62,100 bases of DNA from positions 1 through 62,100 of the forward strand of contig JNEM01012177.1 in assembly GCA_000697335.1 (NCBI GenBank), read 5' to 3'. Shown in pieces: positions 15,162 to 29,300 of this stretch (positions within the stretch are counted from its first letter, which is position 1; every line of letters begins with the position of its first letter). The stretch comes from Conidiobolus incongruus B7586 (lineage: Eukaryota). Under the pieces are notes generated by a model. That model saw only the letters and a list, made by a program, of their open reading frames with translations. It ran no database searches and was not told the origin of the DNA. Made by a program: the position numbers and the translations under genes.

Positions 15162-15617
15162 CTAACTTAAGCCCCTATAATCATTAACAGGTTCGGAACT
15201 TGCCGTTAACACACGATCTTCATTATTAAAGAACTTATTCAGAAGTACATGCCTCCTCTCCATAATCCTATCTTCCACCAAATCTCCCAGCGTCTTCCGA
15301 GGTTTTCTGTTTCCAGAGCCAGATATCATAATATTCGGATTAGTGTGATTTTGCTTGGCTTGTTCGATCTGGTACCTGATTAATTCAAGTTCGGGATCGG
15401 GCTCAATGCACCAGAGAATGAGGTCGTAAATGAATTGAAGGCCAGATTTGATGAACACAATGCTCAAGTAGATAAGGATGATGTTGAATGCTACAATTGC
15501 TGTCATCAGGCCCCAGCTACCGATAATGCACACGACTGTGAAGATGATGGGTAGAAATATGACACTGAGGGATATTGATAGAGTTGTGTTAAGTAGTTTG
15601 TCCTTGATATTAATCAT
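15162..15617 (-). CDS. Hypothetical membrane protein, 151 aa
   Basis: Intronless ORF with coding-like GC and a long hydrophobic N-terminal half. Confidence 0.65.
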   Translation of the reverse strand: MINIKDKLLNTTLSISLSVIFLPIIFTVVCIIGSWGLMTAIVAFNIILIYLSIVFIKSGLQFIYDLILWCIEPDPELELIRYQIEQAKQNHTNPNIMISGSGNRKPRKTLGDLVEDRIMERRHVLLNKFFNNEDRVLTASSEPVNDYRGLS

Positions 15618-15829
15618 TTTTATGCTTGAACTAGATAAAAATTCAAATCTGAGGCTAACATTTAATCTTGTAAGTTTTAAAATTTAAATTTTGGGACTGC
15701 TAAATTTAATTTAAAATTCATAATTTTTTTATTTTATAATAAAACTATCAAAATACTAATTGATATTTCGAAAATTATAGTTATATATAATCAAAAGAAT
15801 AAATCTATTATATTAATAATAATAGTTAT

Positions 15830-16895
15830 TTAAGCTTCAGGTTCGATCAGTTGCAAATTATTAATAAACATATATCTTGAGAATAAGATATACAGATATC
15901 TGAACCATACCATTTGGGATTCGTGCTGCTTCATAGCTTTTCTGCATTTAGACCAATCACTGTAGTTGTTTAAAAAGAATAAGCTCTTAGGTACTTTGGG
16001 ATATTGAACATTGGGATGTCGGATGATGGACTGCGAATCGAATTTTACTTCACCAAGACTAAAGATAAGGTCCATTAGTGAGATGTATTTGCGGAATAAG
16101 GACACTGTAGTGAGAGAATAGATTGCTGGAATTTTTTCTAGTTTTAGAAGAGTAGGAGAATTGGCTATGATACGGCTATTGTAATTGTATTAGTATCAAT
16201 GCTAATATATTATAAAATAGAATAATTATTACCCTAAAGCAACTCTCAAAGCGATATGATTAATATGACCCGAAACACCTCTAGTATCAAAAGTAAAAAC
16301 CTATAAAATATAATTAATATTAATATTTATTATAAAATTCAATAATCTCACAGTTCTAATTTTATGCTTAATAATGAAAGGCTCGACAATATCGTTAATG
16401 ACTTTATTAGGCCATAAGGTATCTTGACCATCTTGCAATTGACTAGAACAGATTTAATATAATACATTAATAAATTAATTACAATATTTACTCGTGTTCT
16501 ATTAAATGAATATTCTTCTTAGGAATACCCAAGTATTCACCGCACTTGATTAATTCTTTTTTTCTAACTTCTCCTAAACCGTCAGCATTCCCTATTAAAT
16601 CATCAGTTTAATTGTTATTTATAATATTAATAAAATTACCTGAAGATAAGCACAAAATAAACACCTTTCTATTTTGATATTTCAACCAATTGACAATAGT
16701 AGGTCCAAAGAACATAATTTCATCATCAGGATGAGCTGTAACGATGACCATATTTCCAAATTGATTGGAATTTAAACTCTCTCTTTGGACATCTAGGTTA
16801 TATGGTGCGAAAGGTAATTTGATGCGAGTGAGACAGTAATATAAGAAACTGTTGGCTATTAATAACCCAATGAGAAATATCAACCATACGCTCAT
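15830..16895 (-). CDS. GPI12: GlcNAc-PI de-N-acetylase Gpi12/PIG-L, 5 exons
   Basis: N-terminal TM, AHPDDEIMFFGPT, GNADGLGEVRKKEL, TFDTRGVSGHINH, HESQMVWFRYLYILFSRYM; 4 GT-AG introns in frame. Confidence 0.93.
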
Positions 16896-17430
16896 TGTGA
16901 TTGATAGCAATTATTGAAATCGGCTAAATATGTATGTTGATTGATTAATAGAATATTAAATAATTTATTCCTTTTATGCATTCAATACAAGCTCACTTGA
17001 ATATATATAACCAATTTCGATTCAATTCAGTTGTGGGATCAGAATACAGGATAGTCTGATAAAAGATTAAGTTGTGTAATAGAATTATTAATTTGTTCAA
17101 TTGGCATTTCGTCATTATATTGGAATGCATTACTTAATAACAAAATAATCAAGTTTAACGTCATTTATATTTCCATAGCCTTTCAAGTGTTGATCATCTG
17201 AATAAATACTTGATTATTGTCCAATTTTTAAAATTGGATGGTATTAATTATATTATTAAAAATGACAGGACTTCTCTGTATATAAGAAAGATAATGTACA
17301 ATGTGTTTTGATTATGATTTTATTATTGATTGATTATTATGTTGATTAATTAATTAATTAGTAATATTCTATTATTATATTATGTTATTATGGGCTATAA
17401 TAAATATTTGTCGAGTTTAAAAACATTAAC

Positions 17431-20400
17431 TTATTCTTCAACTTCCTGCCTATAACTGCTCCTATTACTCTGATCCATGGCTTTGGTAATCGAGAACTCA
17501 GGAAGCGTGACAGCTTGGGAGACGCGCTTGACTGGGATGTTTTTGATGGGGAGACGGGTTGGTGACGAGGTGTTAATGGAGGCTCTTTGGGGCTTGCTTG
17601 AGGCGATAAGATTAGGGAATGCTTCGCTCAGACGATTCATTGCTTTGCGGGAGGGTGATTCAGCTGTGAAGCCTTCTGTTGAAGTAGTGACAGATCCACT
17701 TTTGGTGATATCACCGCTTGAATCTCTAACACGACTAGAAGGAGTGAGAGAGTTGTGGACACTTCGGAAGGTGGTGGAAGCAGTAAGGGCAGCAATTGAT
17801 TGAGGTCGTTGAGGTAAGGAGTCGTATGATGTGTCGTGACTTGGCAAATCATCGAGTCTTCTCACTTCCATATGGGGTTGATGGTCACTGTTAACAACAG
17901 TTTCTGACTCAATAGGACTGAATTCTTGCTGATTTTGAAGCAAATTGGGCATTTGTGTAAGATTGCTTTCCACATTCTGAACTTTGATTCCAGCGGTTTT
18001 CTTTTCGGTTGAGTCAGGTGATGGTTGAGAATGAGAGTCGAATATAGAAGGATGAAGTAAGAACTCATTGCTGTTGATGAATGGTAACATGTTATTTTGG
18101 TGAGTGCGATAGGTTTTGTGATTGCGATACCAAAGAATTCCTAATCCAGTGCATACGATAAAACTAACAATAGTCAATGAAATCGCAAGTGATATTAAGA
18201 TAATTAAAGGCAAAGGCAATGAGAGTTCATCAAGAGTACGGTAGGGAAGAGTGCTAATCAACTTAGCAAAAGTAGGTACAGGGCTTGCGATGGTGTGAGG
18301 ATAGTATTGGCCTTGGTAATAGAGTACTGAGGAGTAAGTCTGAGGATTAGAAGTGATAATTAGATCACCTGAGATGAGTAATCCCAATCCATCGGGCAAT
18401 TCATTAGACAAATCCAAGTTCGTGGGAGGGGAAGAAGAGCCAGTAACAGGAACAACAAGTAGACTTTGAATGTTTTTACTGCCAGATAGCTTATCGAGAA
18501 CTGACACAAATTTGTGACCATCCCATACTGATATAAATAAAGATCCATTAGAAGTCTTAGATGAACCAGAGACATACAATTTGTTTGTATCAGTATGATA
18601 ATGCACAAGTGTAGGAATTCCAGGGAGCTCTTGTCCAAATTGGGCCCATTGTTTAGATTTGATATTGTAACCAAAAAGATAAGAGAGATTCGATTGTGGA
18701 GTGGGTAGTAATACGATCCAATCTTCAAAAAGGGCTAACTGAGTAAACTCTGGAAGTTTACCATTATAGGACTCGGGAGCAGACCAAGTTTCCTTTTGTG
18801 TATCATAAAAGCACATATTAGGGCACGAGATTCCTGCTGCTGTGTCAAAATATCCAGCAGCAACAATGGTGGAAGAGTCGTGCAATCTCAAAAGAGCTCT
18901 CACAATTAGGTTGGAATTGAAGTTGGGATCTTTCATCTGTAAAGCAGGAGGTGGTGATATCATTTGCTTTTTATCCAAATCATACATTAATAGAGATCGA
19001 TCGCCCTTCTTATTCTCAATGTTACCACCGATTAACATCCTATTACCACTAAATTCAATGCAGCTGACGTTACCTCTAACTTCGCCTTTTTCGAATAAAG
19101 ATCTCCAATTTCCATTGTCTAAGATAGCCACTTTTGAAATTTTTTCTGATTCGAAATTACCTGCAACAACTGTTAGGGTTTGATTGTGTAGATAATGTTG
19201 TTCAGAGTTCAAATTGTAAAAAGCAGCGGTATGAATTTGACCCCAGTTCAAGAAGGAAGCTAAAGGCTCATCGATGCTATGTGTATTGGAGACTAAGCCA
19301 TTAGAACCAAGTATTGCTAGTCCTGGAGTGCGATGGGATTGTACACTATTGAATTGACCATTGAAGTAGATGCTACTTTGGTCAACTCCGATGGATTTGA
19401 CATCTCCAGCAATGAGGGTATCAGATGTTAGTTCAAGTGTGCGTTGATCAATTTTGACAAAGTTCAACTGAGTTCCTAGTCCTGATTTGAAAGTTTCTCC
19501 TACAATGAATTTACCGACCAAATACAGAGCATCGTCTTTGCTGACCATATTCGCAAGAGTGATTACTTGAAGTCGTGGAATAGACATCCATTTCTTTGTA
19601 GTGAAATTATATAGTCCAAGGTTTTCAATTAATTGGTCATTTGATTTGAGTTTGAATGCACCGCCAACAAAGACAGTATTATTAGCGCTGGGCGCAAATA
19701 TCAAATGTGCAATGACACCATGGCCTTCTTCAAACTGAATAGATTCAATGTCAGAGCCCTGCGAGATAAACACCTTGGGGCTACGATCGCCATCTTGAGG
19801 TACGTCGCCAGCTATTATTGCACGAGTATTATTTACAAAAGTTAAAGCTGTGGTGCGGAATCCAGACGGTAGACCTGTAGGATATTCAGGGAAAAGTGCG
19901 CTTTCTATGTCCTGCATATTTAATGAAAGATCCGATTTGGGAGTGGTGTAAGCTGATAGAATTCCATTCATGTCAGTTTTACTGGCGAGTCGGTTCACCC
20001 TAATGCTTTGAACCATAACATGAAGCTCATTTTGGGAATTGGTGAGAACAACAGGTCGAATGAATACTTTAGGACCGGTATTATTGCCCGAGGGTGGTAG
20101 AAATCCTTCATAGATAGTGGCAGAGGATTTTCCTGAGCTGAGATCAACAATGCTCGAACCCCAAACCTTTGTCTCTGAGTTATCCGTAATGGTTACCTGC
20201 AATTGACCTCTCCTTTTGCATTCTTGTTGACTGCATGGTGGGAAGGTAAGTTGGAGATTATATTTACCCAATTCAGGAATGGTAGGATGAATTAAACTGA
20301 TTGTTTGATTGATGTTATTCCAGTTGGATTGATCAGTTTTGTACCTATAAGATAAATAGAGCTGATTGGTATTTGGATAGCTAGAGGTTTGCCAATGGCC

Positions 20401-21627
20401 TCTTATAGCACTCTGTATTTGACCCTGCAATTCAGGGCAGTTTGTGGTATAAAGAGTAGCTTGAGCAAGGCTTTCAGCTTCTTCAACAAATAACTTGACC
20501 GAGCTTAACCCACCACTGATACCATACCATTCATGAATGTTAATCTGGATACCTGAAGTAGCAGGAACGCTACTATTTAAGAAATAGAATGTTTGAACAG
20601 CATCTGGATTTTGTTGCAAAGGACAATTAGAGCCGCAATTTGACCAATTATTTCGAGCATCAATGTAGGAAATGTTATAGAATTGGTTGGAAGGAGTGGC
20701 CATGACACTGAATTGTTTTGTACCACGATCCGCCAAATCAGAATTAATGAGTTGAATGCCAACGAATTTCACAGGATATGGAAAGTCAAATCGAATGGAG
20801 CCTTTTGTATGGTCCTGTAGCAGCCAGGGATCTTTGCCACATACTACATTATTGGGAGAGCTTGGGATTCCTCTAATCATGTTTTCTGAATAGATTTTAG
20901 CTAAGCGTAAATCAATTTGATTTGCAAGAGCACCATTTGCATGCAAATCACCGTCAGCTGTCTGCTGAAAATCGCCCCCAATTAAGATGCGGTCTGAGTT
21001 GGGAACCTGTGCTATGGAGTAAATAGGTCCATTTAGTCCTTTAAATGGAAAAGATATCCAACTATCGCCCGTTATATTGTATTGAATAATTGATGGTGTA
21101 AAAGTGCTGGATGTTTCAGGTGAATAAATGAAACCAGGTAAAAGCGAATTCTTAAAACTGCCTACAATAGTCACCAATTGTTCTTTTTCGTGACATAGTA
21201 AATGCGACACAATTCCCTGCAGCCCCCATTTTACTGATTCCCATTTATTAGTTGTTGTAGAATATTTTGCCAAGTTGGATAATTTGTTAGAATCAATATC
21301 TGAAAATTTTCCGCCTGCGAACAGTATCGTATTTGACGAGTTAGAACTCGATTTAATAGAACAGAACGATGTTAAGAATGAGTTGGGGCCTAATAAGCCT
21401 ATTGGAAATAGTTTGTTATCGGTGTATTTTAGTATAGCAGATTGATTTGGTTGTAAAGATGAAGGATTAACATCATTTAACGTACTGATCCCTTCAAAGT
21501 TTCCTATAAGCCCTATAGCACCTAATCTGTTGTAGTTTATACTAGGTATTGAAGCGTTAGCACATATTATAACATCCAAATGTGTATAAGTTATCAGTAT
21601 GAAGTAGAATAATTTAAGAGCAAACAT
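17431..21627 (-). CDS. RAX2: Cell-polarity type I membrane protein Rax2
   Basis: 1398 aa, signal peptide, beta-propeller-like GGxF repeats, WLLQD...RGTKQF Rax2-like segment, single C-terminal TM. Confidence 0.85.
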   Translation of the reverse strand: MFALKLFYFILITYTHLDVIICANASIPSINYNRLGAIGLIGNFEGISTLNDVNPSSLQPNQSAILKYTDNKLFPIGLLGPNSFLTSFCSIKSSSNSSNTILFAGGKFSDIDSNKLSNLAKYSTTTNKWESVKWGLQGIVSHLLCHEKEQLVTIVGSFKNSLLPGFIYSPETSSTFTPSIIQYNITGDSWISFPFKGLNGPIYSIAQVPNSDRILIGGDFQQTADGDLHANGALANQIDLRLAKIYSENMIRGIPSSPNNVVCGKDPWLLQDHTKGSIRFDFPYPVKFVGIQLINSDLADRGTKQFSVMATPSNQFYNISYIDARNNWSNCGSNCPLQQNPDAVQTFYFLNSSVPATSGIQINIHEWYGISGGLSSVKLFVEEAESLAQATLYTTNCPELQGQIQSAIRGHWQTSSYPNTNQLYLSYRYKTDQSNWNNINQTISLIHPTIPELGKYNLQLTFPPCSQQECKRRGQLQVTITDNSETKVWGSSIVDLSSGKSSATIYEGFLPPSGNNTGPKVFIRPVVLTNSQNELHVMVQSIRVNRLASKTDMNGILSAYTTPKSDLSLNMQDIESALFPEYPTGLPSGFRTTALTFVNNTRAIIAGDVPQDGDRSPKVFISQGSDIESIQFEEGHGVIAHLIFAPSANNTVFVGGAFKLKSNDQLIENLGLYNFTTKKWMSIPRLQVITLANMVSKDDALYLVGKFIVGETFKSGLGTQLNFVKIDQRTLELTSDTLIAGDVKSIGVDQSSIYFNGQFNSVQSHRTPGLAILGSNGLVSNTHSIDEPLASFLNWGQIHTAAFYNLNSEQHYLHNQTLTVVAGNFESEKISKVAILDNGNWRSLFEKGEVRGNVSCIEFSGNRMLIGGNIENKKGDRSLLMYDLDKKQMISPPPALQMKDPNFNSNLIVRALLRLHDSSTIVAAGYFDTAAGISCPNMCFYDTQKETWSAPESYNGKLPEFTQLALFEDWIVLLPTPQSNLSYLFGYNIKSKQWAQFGQELPGIPTLVHYHTDTNKLYVSGSSKTSNGSLFISVWDGHKFVSVLDKLSGSKNIQSLLVVPVTGSSSPPTNLDLSNELPDGLGLLISGDLIITSNPQTYSSVLYYQGQYYPHTIASPVPTFAKLISTLPYRTLDELSLPLPLIILISLAISLTIVSFIVCTGLGILWYRNHKTYRTHQNNMLPFINSNEFLLHPSIFDSHSQPSPDSTEKKTAGIKVQNVESNLTQMPNLLQNQQEFSPIESETVVNSDHQPHMEVRRLDDLPSHDTSYDSLPQRPQSIAALTASTTFRSVHNSLTPSSRVRDSSGDITKSGSVTTSTEGFTAESPSRKAMNRLSEAFPNLIASSKPQRASINTSSPTRLPIKNIPVKRVSQAVTLPEFSITKAMDQSNRSSYRQEVEE

Positions 21628-24599
21628 ATTATTAAACCAATTATTGAGTATTTAAAACACTAATATTAAAATCAAATTATTGAAAATCTATTATACAGCG
21701 AAAATACGCTGCTTAATAGAATAATACTGAATCAGAACTGAGTTGATAGGTTTGGATAATAGATAAATACGAATAGCAGATAGGGGTGGTGTTTAAGATG
21801 ACCCTTCTGTTGAAATAAAAACAAAATAAACAAGAGAAAACAAAAATACAAAGAGCTCAAAAGTAGAATTAAATAAGTAAAAGAAACAAACTGAGTTAAC
21901 TTAGGTGAAGTTGCCAATTATGAACTTGAATTTAAAATTTAACATAAAAATATTTATAAATCACGCTAATCCAAGTCAAATTAGAAACTCAGTTAATTCA
22001 CCTAAATTCCCTCCACACTCACTCAAGTCAGTATCAGTAATTTCCCAAATACACTAGTACAAATGTGTTAAATCAAAATATGATCACTAAAATGCTCTCA
22101 ATTAACACTATTTAACTGTATTAATATTCTCATTAAATTATAAATTATATAATTATATTTTTGTTTATTATTTATTTTTCATAATATATCTAGAAATATA
22201 TATATAATTTCATCTACACTCTATAATATATCTAGACATCATTAATTTCAATCATAAATCATTTCAAATCAATTTACATTTGATTGAAATACAGAATAAT
22301 TAATTATTTTTATTATGTGGAGTACCGCTTTAGAATGAGAATCGCCTTGTAGCCTATTTTCATAGGAGTTTATTATGATAATCATATTATACCAGTAATG
22401 GACCAATATACTGAAAAACAAATCAAAGTAATTTTGATATATTCGAAATGAAAAGGAGAATTAAGTGATATTTTTATTGATCTTCAAAACAGTTTTAATT
22501 CTATTAAGAATAATTTTTATTTCACCTGGAAAATTTTTTGATGACAGGTCAAATACCCAAATAAGAAATTCAACACCTTCATTTATTTAAATAAATTATC
22601 TTAATAAAACTAATAGAAATAAAATAAAAACAATATATAAGAAATTTAATTTCTGTTAATAATATCTTTAAAAAAAGAGTATTTTTAACTCAATGTACAA
22701 CATTATAAAATTATGATTGAAATTAGTCCAAAGAACTAAATGTTTCATTAAAATTAGTGTATTTAAATTATCCGTTCAAATGATTTTTCTCATAATTTTT
22801 CTAATTTAAATAAAATTATATAAATTGATTAACCGCAGCATCAGTATAGAAATATAAAAATATAATTGATAATAATTATTAAAATAAAAACTAGGAAATT
22901 TTTAAATAATGATAATTTTAAAAATATCATAAATTAAATGTATAGAATAGTATCTTAAGGACGGCATTTTATTTTTGAAAATTTTGATACATTTTATTTT
23001 AATTAAATATATTCTTGATGTTATGAAATCATTTGCATTATTAATTAATCTGCTATAATCTTGTTTAAATGCTTATACACATTACAAAAATAGCTTTTAT
23101 ACCATATTAACATGTATTTAAACTATAAAATCAATCATATAATCTAATAGCTAACTATTATAGCTTATTATTATCAATATAGATTCAATATTTTACACTT
23201 GATTTCATAATTTATCATATCACATTTTTGCCATCCATTTTAATAAATACTTCAAAAACCCTCAAATTTTATAGCTCTGTAAAATAATGTGGAAAGATAA
23301 CGCAATATTTTTGTTAAAAGCAAAGGCAATCAGGCTGTATATATCAATATTTTGGCTAATTATATATACGTTTAAAAGTTGATATAGTATATTTATTAAA
23401 GGTATATAATAATTTCTATTTTAATTATTATGAATTAACATTTATTTGAAATTAATATTTCAATCAATGAATTATTGATAATTGTCTAAAAATGATGAAA
23501 ATTCATAATTCGTTCAAATGATCACCTTTTATGGATGATTTTTCAACTGCTTCGAATGTTATAACTACTAAAATGTTAAAGCAGTCAACCGTTTAAAGTG
23601 ATGAGTTTCAAAATACATATTAAAAAGCATTCCAAGTTCAAAAAATGTTAAATTATCATATTTTGAAAAATCAAAAATGATGCAAGATATTTCACACTTA
23701 ACTGAAGATCTTTACAAAAAACATCAAATTTTTAAATCTAATATTTCTATTCAATATGATATTTTTCATTTGACAAATAACTCCATATTAATAAAATTCT
23801 ATAATATACTTTGTGTATGGAATTAAAGTTTGAAATATTTGACAAATATCCAGGTATGATAATTCAATAATTATGCTATTTGATAGGGGTTTATGTAAAT
23901 ATTATTAACTTGTTAAATCCTTTTTTATTTATGGAGTTTTTGTTGAAATATACCAGTATTTATAATTTATATTTATAATGTTTTAAAGGTTTAAACCTAA
24001 ATTAGTCAATTGTATATTGATGGCATTAATTGTTAATTTATAATACTTTCGAAAAAGTCACTCATTTATATATTGAAAAATTTTCAAATAGGAATTTTTT
24101 AGCACAATCTTTTGTATTTTAATCTTGGTAAAACATATTGAAAGTATTAATATATTATTGAATATTTTATAATGTAAATTGTGTAATTTATAAAACTTTT
24201 GTTCTTTTTTGATCCTTCAGTGTAAATTTGTCATATGTGATATATTTATGAAAAATAGATTGAACTTACAAGATATCAAAGACTGATATAATCAATTTAT
24301 TAAATTTAGTATTTATTATTCACAAAAACACAATTAACAATCATGGTATATATTAGGATCTTAAAATGTGCAATTCATGATTTAAATACCAAAAGATATT
24401 AGCTTTATTATTATAGTTTTATCTTATTCTTTCTATTATAACACATATTTTAAATAAATTGATATTAAATAATAAATTTTAAGTATACTTTAAATAATCA
24501 ATTAAATTTAATTTTTATAATGGAACAAGATAAATGCTAGTTTTGAAAATATTGGTAAATTTTAAATCAACATGATGTGTAACATGCTCACACTTTCTT

Positions 24600-24960
24600 G
24601 ATATAATATCTAGGTATAAGTTTATATCTGTATAGCTATTATCATATATTATAGTAATAAATAGATATTTTAATTAACAACTAATAATCACAACTTGATC
24701 TAAGGTGGTTTTTGAAAATTAATTTGGCAAAAAGAACCGGTAATAATTATCTATTAAATGTGAAATTTAATAAGGTAATGATTAGAATTGAGGATTAGGT
24801 AATTTGAATGCTGTCAAAGTATAATGAGTAATGATAATTAGTTCAAGATTTGGGAATATATCGGGTGTATATTAGCAAGTTGCACAAAATCAAATAAATA
24901 GATTGTTGAGTAATCACAAAACGTTTAATTAATAAAATTGTAACTAGTTAAATGAATTGT
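24600..24960 (-). pseudogene. Possible decayed RNI-like/LRR gene fragment
   Basis: Minus frame reads DIFPNLELIIITHY...PQF*SLPY*ISHLI...PN*FSK...SC*LKYLFI with several TAA stops. Confidence 0.25.
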
Positions 24961-26370
24961 ATAATTGATATAAAATGATTAATCAAATATTATAATTCTC
25001 ATCTTGATTTGATAATAATTAGTAAATGAATTGATCAATTTAACTATCATTCCATCAGCATATTATTTATTTAATTAATAACTCGATCCTATATTGTAGC
25101 TTATACAATTAGATAATAACCATAATTACAATTAAACAATTAATATTTGATTTGCATTATCTCATCTTGAATGCTAATTATACTTACCAAAAATTAGATT
25201 ATAATGATACTAATAATTTCTCAAATATAAATATATCAAAGCAATATTAAATATTGTAGAATAATTTTAACAATATTAAGATTAAAATTAGTTTTTTATA
25301 TAATATTCAGAAAAATAACTTTATTCATCATTCTAATATATTAAAAACAGTTTCAAACAAATGTGAATTTAAAATCAGTCATAAATATATATTTCATCAT
25401 GAATTGTTGATAAAAAATAAATCGATTTTTTATAAAATATATATATATTATGGAATGCACCCTTTGTGCTTTATTAAATATACATAATAAAAAAATTTAT
25501 ATATCTTTATTTAGTATAGAATATAGATATCTAAAATAGCATAATTTTTGCAATTTGAAAAATTTCTAGTTTTGACCAATAAAGCAGAAACCTAAATGAA
25601 TTTTATTATATATTATTAATCAAATTGAGTAGAATAATTATTATGTAGAAACAGATGACTCGGATAATATAAATATATATTTTGCAAAAATGATTTAAAT
25701 CAATCTTTCATTTTGATGGCAATCAATTCACTATAATATTATAATTAAATAATTAGTAATTTAAATTGAATATTGAATATTTGATTCAAACTTTCACAAT
25801 TATTGTCGAGAATATTTAATTGAGAGTTACATTATATTATTCGAATTTTATATTTGATAATGCTTTAATTAGAAATATAGTTTATTATAATATAATAGTT
25901 TTTAGGCATTAAATATTCGAAAATCTCCATTTATTAACTAAAGTACATGATATTGTATAATTTTCAAATCAAATATTAATTCATTAGTTTCAAAGTATCA
26001 ATATTGAATGTAAAAATTATCATGTTAAAAGTTTGACACACATTATATTCTAAGGACGAAAATATATTGAATAAATTTCATAAACAATTATTAAAATAAA
26101 TATAAATTTCATTTGAGTATTTAATAAATAATTTAAATAACAAAATTTGTATCCACTGGATATTTCACTATACAACTTTTCAATGAATACATTTTTATAA
26201 TTGATTCTTCAAAAACCCATAAACAATAAAGAAGTTAGAATGAATTAAATTTAATTTTAAATTAAAGTCACTTAAAATCATGACATTGAATAAAATCAAT
26301 TACAATGAATATTGAGTAACAACACTAATTTTAAGAACAATAATAATATATTTAAATAAATATTGAAATT

Positions 26371-29300
26371 ATGGCTTATAAAAAACCTCCCACCTTTGCT
26401 GATACCTCATCTTATAATTCGAGTTCTACTTTCGCTAGTCAATCACCAAATATTAATAATACTCCACATTCTCAATCTAGAAACGATTGGTTAAATAATG
26501 CTCAAGGTATTTAAAATATCAAGAATTTTGTATTCATATTAACCTTTGAGCAATAACAGCTGCATTAAATGAAGTTAACAAGGATTGGTCTATGCTCAGT
26601 TCAGAGCAGGTTAGTCAGATTAATATTTAGAAAATATACATTTTATCAAAAAATAATTTATACTAATATGTTATTTATTTTTTAGTTCAACCCAGTCCCT
26701 TTAGCTTTGGATTTAACTGATGGTAGTTCTTTAGGAAAAGATCAACATCAATTCTCAAATTTATTGAAAAAAGTTCATAAAACAGTTGAAGAAGTTGTCA
26801 ATGGTGAATTAATAATCTATATTTAAAAATTACTATACTAATAATATTATACAGCCAATTATAGACAATTTAATACCACTACCACTATTTTCACTGGTGT
26901 TCAACAAGAATTAGGCTATACCAAAGATACTGTTCAACATATTAAGACTCAATTGCTCCAAACGAAAGATATTTTACAAACTAAGAGGGCTGACTTGAAT
27001 GGTTTATGGAATAAGGCTAAACAATATAAAGAAATGTTAAGAATTCTAGATAAATTGTAATGCTGATTAATTGTATAAATATCAATTTTATTAACTATAT
27101 TAAATAAATAGAGACAATTTAAAGAAAACACCTGAGAAGATCGAGCAATTAATTCGTGACAAGTATTACAAAATGGCTATTCAGTTATTGTTAAATACGT
27201 TAGAAGATCTGGATTCTGCGGAATTGAAGCCCATTGAAGCTACTTCCGGTTTAAGGAGAAGTTTATTAAAGATTAAAAATGTAAAAATTTTTCATTCATT
27301 AAATGCTTTAATCACTCATCAAACTAATGAGATATTCTTGAAAATTTTAGAATCTTCATAATACTCTTGTTGAAGATATCCATAACCACGTTTATATGAA
27401 AATTCATCTTAAAGAAGAATTTGGTAAGAATCCAATTACAGTCAATATTCAAAGACTTATATACTAATTTAACCTCTTTTTTAGATAATTTCGGTAGCTT
27501 AAAGTAAATATTACCTCATATTCAATAATTAATAGTTATATTAACATTTTTATTTATTTAATAGCAATCCAGCTAAATTCCAAGGTATTTAAAATTTAAT
27601 TTTTTTTTCCTAATACATATCAATTAATGGACATTATCATAATATAGATACGATTATAAACTATTTATCAAATACCAATCCTTTTAACAACAAGGAAAAT
27701 AGAAGATTGTCAAATTCTGCAAATTATAACTTTATCTCAGTAACATCAAATTTCCTATACTCATTTTATCATATTCATTCTTTTTATAGTTAGAAGAAGA
27801 TCTATCCCTAGATCCCGAAGCTGATTCTTTGAAATTTATTTCTATTTTGGTCAATGGTCTTTATCAAATTGGAAAATTAAATGAAGGAACCGATGTAATT
27901 TATATCTTTTTTATAAATTTAACTGTATTCTAATAATATATTAATGTTTTAGATAATCAAAACTAGAGCACATGTTGAATTGTATCAATTAGTCGATAAG
28001 ACTGTTGAAGAAGTTAGAAACAAGTAAATATATCTTTGCTTAAATTGCTATTTCATTTAAAATATTAATACATCAATATTTTAGATTAGAAAAGGGTCAA
28101 ATTAAAACTAAGAATATTAGGGGAAATTATGGAAATACTTTAATCTCAGTCGACAATCGCAAGTCATCAGTTGAAATTTTAAATACATTGACAAGTCGTC
28201 TACTTCAGAAATTTGAATATGTTTTCGCTAATCATCGTTTCATCCAATTGTTAATTAAGGATATTGGTGTCAATCAGCCTAATTTTGACTCAAAATATTC
28301 TATTAATGAAATATGGATGTCTATGCAGAATGAAATTCAACGGTTTTTACACGACTACGTGATGGGAGCTGATGGTGATGATTTCAATATGAGTGGTATC
28401 CAGGATATTATGACCCATATTAATGAATCCATGAAACGAGGATTCACTCAAAGAGATCATAAGAAATCAATCTTCAAATTTTCTGATGCTAGAATTAAAC
28501 CAAATCCTCACGTCAAAGAAAGATCTTCATTTCACGAAATGCAGCTCTCCAAACAAATGGTTAATGACCAGTTAATGGACGAGATCTATTCAAAAGTTTA
28601 TGATAGAGTAATACGATCAACTGGTCAACTTGCAATTGAACATTATTTCTCAGATGCTGCCAAAAGTAAATTGCAATCTTCTCAGCTCGCTTCCATTACC
28701 GTAGACCAATATTCCTCCAATTCCTTTGATTCTGGTCGTCGTTTATTGATTACTCCTCATGTCTATAACCTCTCTATTCTTATTAAGCCTATTTTAGATT
28801 TTGTGGACAAAATTGAAAATATTGGTAACTTTGATCAAACCCAAACCAGCCAATCACATGAATTTTTGAGTAAATTCATCAGTAAACAATTCCTACCTAA
28901 AATGGAATTGCATGCACAATACCTACTCAGCTCAGCAATTGTTGCGCCCAATGCATTTCAAGTCGGTCATGAACTCTCCTCCGTCCATAAAAAGCCATTG
29001 ATTAGATGCGTGAGTGATCTATTAGGCTTGATGCGTGATCTCTGTACTATCTTCCAATCTCTTCCATTTAATCATAAAGAGTTTTTGCCAATTTTGGAAT
29101 TTGTCATTACTTCCTTTTTGGATAAAAGCGCTCAATTCTTTAAGTCTTTGGTATCTGTAGGACCTTCATCTGACGAACAAGATACCAACAAGATGATCAA
29201 TAGTGCACAATGGGCGCAGTCACCCGAGCTTTATAATATTTTGACAGCTTACACTTATATCAAATCGCCTCATATGCCACCCAATACAGAACAGGAAGAA

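Noticed and set aside
21732..21917. 61-aa hydrophobic ORF upstream of RAX2
   Set aside because: Non-ATG start; reflects a pyrimidine-rich 5' UTR
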